Shown in pieces: positions 1 through 64,000 of a DNA stretch of 64,000 bases. This DNA is from Octopus bimaculoides (lineage: Eukaryota): assembly GCF_001194135.2 (NCBI RefSeq), contig NC_068991.1:16533072-16597071 (forward strand). Reading direction: 5' to 3'. Position numbers and translations under genes: made by a program. The first letter of the stretch is position 1, and each line of letters opens with the position of its first letter. Under the pieces are notes generated by a model that was not told the origin of the DNA, did no database searches, and worked only from the letters and a program-made list of their open reading frames with translations.

Positions 1-979
1 AGTCATCACATTGCAAGTCCTTCCTTACTGGAAGCCACTGTTCTCAGTATGGGGCTCATACATGTCATTTTGGTAAGGTTTCTATGGTTAGATGTCCTCA
101 TTGTTAAACCAATTTACAAAATGTACTGGGAGTATTTTCTTGTCACTCCAGCACTAGAGAGATCGATTAGTCCTCATTGAGACAGGACTAAAGGGATCTC
201 ACAGCCCTACATTTTCTCCACAGTCTGCCATTCACTTTAAGTATTTAATGAGTTATTCTTTTGTGGCACCAGCACTAAAGAAATAGCCAAGTCCTCAGTA
301 AGACAGGACTAAGAAACATTTCAACCCTATTTTACCAATGCTCATTTGCCAATCACTTTAGAAGGGTTGCCATGTGTATGTGTGTGTGTGTGTGTGGGGG
401 GGATTTCTTTTGTGGCATAGGGGGATAAGGGTGCTTTGTACTTCACACTGGAAGTACAGAGAGTACACTCAGCAACTTAAGATGTGTACTCTCACTCAAA
501 CAATGTGATCAAGGATGGCAAGGGTGGGAGAGAAGAGACAGTTGAAGGCCAGAATGGGTGGGTGAAAGAGATAAGAACAGAATGGAAGAGAGAGAGAGAG
601 AGAGTTACATATACACACATATGTATGTAGATATGTAAAATTAATGCACAATATATAAGGTAGAGTTACCTTCTCTAGTTATGCCAACTCATTAGGGCTG
701 GTTTCTCAGCATGTATATTCCCCACCTGGATGGGACACTGATCCATCACAGGATTAGTCATTTTCGTCAGCTCAGTGGATTGGAACAACGTGAAATGAGA
801 TGTTTTGCTTAAGAACACAATGTGTCACCCGGTCCAAGAAACGAAACCACAATATCACGATCATGAGTCCAACACCCTAGCCACTAAACCATGTGCTGCC
901 ACAATTTCATTAAGAGTATATGAAATAAAAAGAAAGAGAGGAGGAGGTATTTCATACCTTTACTCTTTCTTTATATGTT

Positions 980-1330
980 GTGTGTGCATGTGTGTATATG
1001 TGTGTGTTTGTGTCTGTTCTGCTGTCAAAAGCGGAACACATGAATCATATGAAGTCACATGAAAATCAAAATTCCCAGGCAGGAAATAATCTCGAACCCC
1101 AAACATCTCTTACAGCTTGTGTCATATGTCAGAAAACTTCTAAGACAATATCTGGACTTAAAAGGCATAAGCTAGTTCACAAAAACATTCCTCCAGAATC
1201 AGATTCCAAAGGGCAAAGATGTAGGAGAAATCTCAATAATATCTGTCACTTGTGTTTTAAACCCTGTCAGTTCGTAGCTGGTCTTAAAAGTCATCTGAGG
1301 GTTCATCAACGGAGGGATTATGCTGTGTGA
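980..1330 (+). other. ORF with two canonical C2H2 zinc fingers plus a degenerate third; LINE C-terminus remnant or zinc-finger gene fragment
   Basis: CVICQKTSKTISGLKRHKLVH and CHLCFKPCQFVAGLKSHLRVH both fit C-x2-C-x12-H-x3-H; upstream LLSKAEHMNHMKSH is a half finger. The ORF start lies in a (TG)n tract. Confidence 0.65.
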
Positions 1331-1430
1331 TGGGATGTGATGAGTGTGTTGATGGGACGGCTATCATTTGTCAAGATGAAGCAATCATCATGTATCCATG
1401 AGTATATGCATGTATGTATGTATATGTGTG

Positions 1431-1814
1431 TGGAGGCACAATGGCCCAGTGGTTAGGGCAGCAGACTCACGGTCATAGGATCGCGGTTTCGATTCCCAGA
1501 CCGGGCGTTGTGAGTGTTTATTGAGCGAAAACACCTAAAAGCTCCACGAGGCTCTGGCAGGGGATTGTGGTGAACCCTGCTGTACTCTTTCACCACAACT
1601 TTCTCTCACTCTTACTTCCTGTTTCTGTTGTACCTGTAATTCAAAGGGTCAGCCTTGTCACACTGTGTCATGCTGAATATCCCTGAGAACTACGTTAAGG
1701 GTACACGTGTCTGTGGAGTGCTCAGCCACTTGCACGTTAATTTCACGAGCAGGCTGTTCCGTTGATCGGATCAACTGGAACCCTCAACGTCGTAAGTGAT
1801 GGAGTGCCAACAAC
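1431..1814 (+). mobile_element. tRNA-head SINE family A (about 385 bp, CAA tail), full copy
   Basis: Pol III A-box-like TGGCCCAGTGG and B-box-like GGTTTCGATTCC; near-identical copies elsewhere in the window. Confidence 0.85.
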
Positions 1815-2559
1815 ATGTATATGTACATCTGGTATTGCATTATAATTCAATAAATGAAGAGAAAATTCAATACCCATCAACGAATTAGATTTATTCTTTT
1901 ATTATTACACAATTCACATTAAGGTTACAATAATATTGTGCCAATCAAAACCATTAAGAAATATGGTTACTGTTGTCTCAGTAGCCATAATATGTTTTCA
2001 AGCATTCTGATGAGATACTGGTCAATTGCCTGAGTCTATGTGACACAATAATGATTTTGATAAGCATAATATTATAGCAACCACCCCTTATGGGACTGTA
2101 TGCACAGTGTATGTGTGTGTGTGTGTGTGTGCGTGTGTGCATGCATGCACACAAACACATTGTTTCAAAGCTGATTATTCACTCCGGCACTATTCCAAGT
2201 TTCTTTTTAATGGAAATCAGGTATATTCTACAGGTACATTGGTTTCCCCCAATGTGTAAAAAAAAAAAAAAGTAATAAGAGAAAAGCTTAAAAAAAGAGG
2301 AGGAAAAGTTGATCCCAGTGGAATTTGAACTTAGGACCAAGGTAAAGAGAGGGAGAAGCTAATTATGCCCTGATTACAGATAATCATCATGTTAAACATC
2401 AACATACATATATTCATAAGAATGGTCTAGAGATGTAGACAATCCTCTGCAAAAGTCTTCAGAACTACTATAATGAAGCACCAGATTAAAGAACCATTCC
2501 AAAATGCTTAAAGTACAAGAAATGCAGCCGAAAGAAATTTTGCAGCAATCTTTGGATAT

Positions 2560-3200
2560 TTAAAATAAGAACTCTCTGTGTCTGAGACAAGAATTGTGCT
2601 AAAATGCATCAATTGGAAGAGTTGCACAAAACCTTGTCACTCTTTTTAGAGAAGTCAGAACATCAATTCTATAGTGCATCTGATGCAGGAATTGTACCTA
2701 AAAGTATCAGTTGGAAGAAATGCACAAATTCTTGCTGTCATTCTTAGAAAAAAGTCATTACAAAAGTTCTAATAGTACAGCTTATTGTGATAAAAATGGA
2801 AGAATGGCACAAAATCTTGCTGCAGCTCTTAAAAAAGTTAGAACAAGCTGGTGTAGGAATTATGCAAAAATGTGGAAAGTGAAAGAATTGTACAAAATTT
2901 TGCAGCTGTCAATTAGAAAAGTTAGAACATCTATAAGATGTAGAAATTGTGCAAAAATCCTTCAGCTGGAAAGACGGCATAGAATCTTGCTCCAGTCCTT
3001 AGAAATGTCGGAACAATGATCTGGCAAATGCAGCTGATGCAAGAATAATGCAAAAATGCATTGTTGGAAGAATTTTGCACAAATTAGAAAAAATCAGAAC
3101 AACAATTCTAAGAGTGAGTCTGACAGAGGAATTGTACCAAAAATGCAGTGGATAGAAGAATTTTGCACTGATAAACATTATTGCCAAAGCCCTTAAAAGA
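2560..3200. repeat. Highly degenerate tandem repeat of about 85-95 bp, at least 6 units
   Basis: Recurring ttagaaaaagttagaac...gaattgtgcaaaaat...gaattgcacaaaatcttgcagc. Confidence 0.6.
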
Positions 3201-3344
3201 CAATCAAAATAAATATAAAAGTGCCATTGATGCAAAAACATGCTAGAAATCACTTGATGCAAGGATTTCTACGAATATTTATAGAAGACATCTTTTATGA
3301 AAGAGATTCTGATGAGGACTGAGAGAGAGGGAGGGAGAGGGGGA

Positions 3345-3422
<78 letters not shown>

Positions 3423-6400
3423 GGTTTCATTGCTGTTAATTAATTATTCACAAGAAGTCAGTTCTGATTGATTAGGATAATGATGAAAGATGCTCAAACG
3501 ATGGCAATTCTGTTTATTTGCATATCAAGGGAACTAAACTGTTTAAACTGTGCCCCATTTTTCAAAACTGTAGTGTGATTTGAGAGATTTAGCTGCTAGC
3601 TCTAGCAGGTTAAGTGACCATACAGAGGCTTCCCCTCATTGCTATTCTACAGTAGAAGGTTATCTCTGAGGTGTGTGAAAATACATCTACATGTGAGTGA
3701 GACTATGGATATATGTATGTGATTATGTATGTAGGTGTATATGATGTGTGTGTGTATGTAAGTTCATATATATATATGCTTCTATGCATGTATATATGTT
3801 TGGGTATAGCAAAACTTTTCAAAAAACTAAAGCTTTCTCTCAAATGCTACAAAGAAAGAGAAAGAAAGAAGAAAAGGAAGACAGAAATGTCTCCCATTCC
3901 ACCACTCACCAATTGTGACCATCACTAGAAGTATTATCAGTGCCATCATCATCATCTCATTTATTCCCCTCTCCCCTACCTCCCCTCTATTTCTATTGTC
4001 ATCATAGGGCCAAACCACATAACATTATTATCTTAATACTGGTTCATACTGGTGTGTGAAGGACCCACAATCTCAATCTAATCTTCACCAAGATCATCTG
4101 CAGACTTCTCTTCTTCTTTTTTTTTTGTTGTTGTTTTATCCTGTGAATGCACTCCAAATCACACACATACATCAAATACACTCATATAATCATACAAACA
4201 TCACAAGAGCCACATACACACAAACGCACCCCACACAAATGCATGCACGTACACCACACAAGTACAAAACATTTTTAGTTTGAATAAAAATAAATAAAAC
4301 AAGAAAAATTAAAATTAAAAAAAAAAAAAAAAANNNNNNNNNNNNNNNNNNNNNNNNNNNNNNNNNNNNNNNNNNNNNNNNNNNNNNNNNNNNNNNNNNN
4401 NNNNNNNNNNNNNNNNNNNNNNNNNNNNNNNNNATAGAGATTCTAATATTTTACTGATCGTCAGAAATCTCCTGGCTGGTTTTGCCAGAGAGAGAGAGAG
4501 AAAGAGAGAGAGAATTAGATCAAGAGAAAAAGAAAGAGAGAAAGGAAGATTGGAGGGATCAATAGAAAGAGAAAGACGATGGAATGGAGATGTAGGGAGA
4601 GGAAGGAAAAGACAGAGAGAGAGAGAGAAGCAGAAAAAGAGAATGAACGTGAGATAAAGTCATGAGAGGAAGGAGGTGAGAATGAATAGAATGAGCAAGG
4701 GAGACAATACAAATTACTAAACATTACATTAATATATCTGGTTTGTAATTAATGCTTTCAAGGTAAAATACTATACATGTTAGTGTAGATATGTTCCCCC
4801 ACCCCACTATACTGTGGCACAAATGTGTGCTACATTTGTTCCATAAGTGTGCCATGAGGGTTTGCGATGAATCAAAAAATACTGGGCCATTTAGAAAAGT
4901 TGAGTATTTTTGGTACACTGCATTCATGCATGTGTATTCTTTTGCAACTTTGCAACAAAATGCAATGGATGCACCCATCTCTGTTTTAAAACCGTTTTAA
5001 TACCCTTTTTGTTTCAATCTTATACTTGGAAGAGGTCCTTCAAAAGGAACCCTTTTGAAGGACCTCTGAAACTGGTGGGAGGGAAAGGGAGAAGGTATCC
5101 TCAAGCTGGAGACCCTGGCTCAGATCCTCACCACAGAATAGTCTCTACTAAAGGCACCCAGGGTGCTAGACACAATATCAAGGGAAGGAGACACAAGCAT
5201 ACACACTCACCCACACGACAAGCTTCTTTCAGTTTCCATCTACCCAAATCTTCTCAAGGCATTGGCCAGCTGGGACTATAGCAGAAAAGACTTGCCCAAC
5301 GTGCCACGCAGTGGGACTGAACCTGAAACCATGTGTTTTAGAAAGCAAACTTCTTAACCACACAGCCATGCCTGCACATGTCATCCTAAAACAGATATAC
5401 ATCGTCCTTCCAATGGACTAAGAAGTTGGGAGACAGAAACCAACAGCTTATGGGTTGTAATTGTAGGAAGGGTCACACATCAAGATATCAAATTATCCTC
5501 ACACCAGAAATCTGGTTCCAATACTTGCGATTCAATAGACCCTACCCAAGGGCCAAATGGTGGTGTTAAAACAGATGACAGATTAAGTTTACAGGCAGGC
5601 AGACATTATGAAGGAGGGCCATTATCTCAACATAAGATAGTAGTTGTCTGATATGAGAGACCAAAGCTTCTGAGAGAAATTTAGCAAGTTTAACAAGACT
5701 GCTGCAGAATTCAAAGGTGCTGGGATATTTTATTTTACTTAGGCCTAGTAGACAACTATAAGCTCTTCTTTGGCTCTCTGGGCCCTGGATCAATGTACCA
5801 GCCAAAACCTACTCTTATAGGTCCTGAGTAGGGCAGTTTTATTATTTATGTAATGAAGTGTTATCATCACTTATGTAATGAAGTGTTATCATGTTATCAT
5901 CACTTATGTATTGAAGTGTTATCTTTAAGGTTGTTCAGAGTGTTATGTGAAATGGATTATAAAGTTGAAGTAGTTAACATACCCATCCATTTACACACAC
6001 ACACATTTTTATAAGTAAATATGGAAACCTGCAACTGGTAACAATGTAAACCAGTTCCACATGCTAATGGTCAAAGAGTCAGTGACTAAACAGGCCCTCT
6101 TCAGGGGTTGCCCAGTAAAGACAGTATGTGGACACCTAGCAGGATTAAATAACAAATGAAAACCTGTCAAAAGCAAATGAATTCCTTGAGACCCAACAAC
6201 ACCCGTATCCTACAAAGGAGAAGGGTATCAGCACAATGTTACCTCAATAAAAATGAAAGAAACAAAACCCAGGTTCCCAATGGCAAAAATACTATCAAAA
6301 TGACATGACCTGACAGGTAAAAAAAAAAAACAAAAAAAACTAGAAGCAAAGAAATTTGAAAAGTTAGAACTCGCCCCTTTCCATAGCACACAGATCATAA

Positions 6401-7158
6401 GCTTACCAAAGTGTTTTGAATTTTACTCATATGAATGTACAGTTAGTATTGACAATGTAACTTAAAAGTAATCAGCAGTTGTAGATTTGATGGGTAGCAA
6501 CTGTATATGTATGTAGCAGACTAATAAACCAGGGTTAGAAAGAAGAAAAAAAAAAGAGAGATGGAGAGGGTTATTTGAAAACACCATCCATTGGCAAAGC
6601 TTTATCCCAGTACAGAACCAATAACTCACCTATACACCCATTTTTTTTTTCAGTTTTTTTTCTTCTTAAAATTGAAAAAAAAAAAAAAGAAAAATGAATC
6701 CAGTATATAATTTAGCTTAAAAATTTTCTTAAATGTTTAAAAAAGAATGACCATTAATTTGTTTGTTTTTTTTTGTTTTGTTTTTTTTTTTGTAAATTAG
6801 AGAAAGAGAAAGCGAGTGAGAAATTGAGATAGAGGTGGGGACAGAAAATGAGGACCATTTTAATTAGCAATAATGGCTGCACGTTATATGAGTGAGAACT
6901 GGAAATATGTCACTGAGTGAGCACTAGATATATACGTATACATATATCTGTAAGTATGTATGTGTGTGTAAAATAAATTTCACACACCACACACTCACAT
7001 ATACATATATATATATACAAAGTGTGGGGGTTTAGTTCACAGGTGATCTAAATGATTAGGTACACTAGGTAAGTGCTGTAATAGATTACTTGGGCTCCAA
7101 GGTTTTAGCCAAGACAGTAGTTATGGAGCCATTGCAGATTTCCAATGCAGCAGATACA

Positions 7159-7319
7159 TAATTGTTGAACAGGACATCAAACAATAAGGCAAAGCAAACA
7201 TCTTAAGTCGTATACAATATTATTATAGGAATAAATTCAAAATTTCTTCCTATAATAATATTGTATACGACTTGAGATATCTGCTTTGCCTTAATGTGTG
7301 ATGTCCTGTTTAACAATTA
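7159..7319. repeat. Inverted repeat: 73-bp arms, 15-nt loop
   Basis: 7159-7231 pairs with 7247-7319 with about 6 mismatches. Confidence 0.9.
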
Positions 7320-7326
7320 CATATAC

Positions 7327-7367
<41 letters not shown>

Positions 7368-7444
7368 AATGTTTGTTTTTATGTTGAGTTATAATGAAAA
7401 CAATTTTATGTTCATGTGAAGAATTCACTTTTTTAGAGTACATA

Positions 7445-7450
7445 TTTATT
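7445..7450 (-). promoter_or_regulatory. Candidate polyadenylation signal AATAAA for PKD
   Basis: tttatt on + strand, about 200 nt after the stop codon; AT-rich DNA makes chance matches likely. Confidence 0.3.
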
Positions 7451-7656
7451 GTTCTTTTACAAGAATAATGTTGATAGTGCCTTCAGCAGACAGTGCATTG
7501 GAGTTTAGCAGATCAAAACTTCAAAGTCATTGTCAATACTATTCTTGTAAAAGAACTATGTGTGTGTGTGTGTTGATGCTTGAGTGGATGTATACACATG
7601 TATGTATAAAATTTCATGTGTTTGTGTGTGTGTAAAACATAAATTTCAGATAGTTT

Positions 7657-62553
<54,897 letters not shown>

Positions 62554-63269
62554 CTAAACAAAACAATTAGAACATATAATTAATGTATCTCTTTTGGATA
62601 TTCCAAATTATTAATATGTCTATTTGTAATATGAAACCACGTCTATTATAAAATAGAATTCTCCACATGACTATAGTTCTGGTTTAAAACCATCAACTGT
62701 TCTCCACAATCTGTAGAGAGAATGTTTAACAAGTAGTTTAACCCTTCAGTATTCAGATAACTCAGTCAAATATAAAGCTTGTTTATTCACATTGGACAGC
62801 TGTGTAAAGGAGTGCTGATCTTTAACTGTGGAGGGAACCTGTGGTAGAGGCAGACACAGGAAGACGTGACGAGGTGGTGAAGCATGATCTTCGAACCTTG
62901 AGCCTCACAGAGGCAATGACTAGTGACTGAGATATGCTGTGCTTGAGAAGACCTGTCAAGCCAAGTGAAATTGTAGTTGTGGCCAATGCTGGTGTCACAT
63001 AATTGGCACCCATGCCAGTAACATGTAAAAGGCACCTTCTGAGCATTGGGCTTCACAGAGGCAAAGTGTTTGATGCCGGTGGCCCATGAAAAGCACCCAG
63101 TACACTCTCAGAGTGGTTGGCGTTAGGAAGGGCATCCAACTGTAGAAACTATGCCAATCAGACTAGAGTCTGGTGCAGCCTTCCAGTTTGCCAGCCCAGT
63201 CAAACCGTCTAACCCATACCGGACAATGAATATTAAATGATGATGATGATGATAATCTATACTGAATGT

Positions 63270-63360
63270 CTAATCTAGCAAATCTCTAATCTAGCAAATG
63301 TCTAATCTAGCAAATGTCTAATCTAGCAAATGTCTTATCTAGCAAATGTCTAATCTAGTA
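63270..63360. repeat. 16-bp tandem repeat (atctagcaaatgtcta) about x6
   Basis: Directly visible. Confidence 0.9.
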
Positions 63361-63708
63361 AAATTTAAAGGCTACATAAGAGAGACAGCCATACAAAGAG
63401 ATATACATAAACTGTCACATCTTAGAAGTGTGAGGTAAAATGATAGCTCCTCTACTGCAATATATACACAAGCATGCACACGTATAAATATTATTGACTT
63501 AAAATTCTGGCACAAGGCCAGCAATTTCGAAGGAGTGAACAAGTTAATTACATCAACCCCAGTGCTCAAATGGTTCTTATTCTCTCAATCCCAAAAGGTA
63601 GAATTTGAACACTGAACATAAAGATGAACAAAATACTGCTAAGCATTTTGCTCAATATGCTAACAATTCTACCAGCTTGCCACCTTACATATATATATAT
63701 ATATATTT

Positions 63709-64000
63709 AATAAAGAGAATGAATGGGAGAAAGAGAGCCTGCCTTATGTCGACCCAATAGAGGGACCAGCTATCCGAGTTGATAGTACCAGGGTAGATAA
63801 AGCAATTAAGAGTATGAAGACCGGGAAAGCCCCCGGCCCATCAGGAATCACTGCAGAGATGCTCAAAATATCTGGCAGTGTTGGCTATAGCCTAGTCACC
63901 CGTATTACGAACCAGGTGATACACGAAGGAGTCATACCCTATGACTGGTGTAGCAGCATCATAGTCAACTGCTACAAAGGTAAAGGGGACGCTTTAGATA
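63709..64000 (+). mobile_element. RTE-clade LINE, N-terminal part of the reverse-transcriptase region; runs off window
   Basis: Stop-free frame NKENEWEK...VDKAIKSMKTGKAPGPSGITAEMLK...IPYDWCSSIIVNCYKGKGDALD; KAPGPxGI and IPxDW...YKGKGD are standard non-LTR RT motifs. Confidence 0.9.

Noticed and set aside
135-375. Diverged tandem duplication of about 120 bp (cagcacta...gacaggactaa)
   Set aside because: Visible but truncated by the window edge and uninformative; probably part of a repeat.
1431-1510. Functional tRNA gene
   Set aside because: The tRNA-like head continues into a multi-copy SINE body; no proper acceptor stem.

Overview
Eukaryotic, repeat-rich genomic DNA with 13 N-gaps. The repeat landscape resembles an octopus/cephalopod genome; this is an inference and was not verified. 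The window is dominated by one gene on the minus strand, protein kinase D (PRKD family). I rebuilt it by hand as 18 GT-AG coding exons from 62553 to the TAA at 7657 (2036 nt, one continuous frame, about 677 aa). It covers the end of C1a, C1b, the acidic linker, the PH domain, the kinase domain and the C-tail; the 5' exons lie beyond the window end. Introns hold tRNA-head SINEs, RTE-type LINE fragments and tails, a decayed mariner, piggyBac-, hAT- and Tc1-like MITEs, Helentron-associated (HINE-like) elements and many micro/minisatellites. Best second-look items: two minimal type I hammerhead-ribozyme motifs of the Penelope-associated kind plus one decayed copy (30048-30083 +, 40075-40116 - i.e. 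sense to the PKD pre-mRNA, 35147-35182 +), and several long hairpins (two just after the PKD stop codon, one about 150 bp in an intron). A two-finger C2H2 ORF lies near the window start. Most entries in the supplied ORF track are artefacts of microsatellites, N-runs or repeats. Repeat boundaries are approximate; exon boundaries were read base by base.
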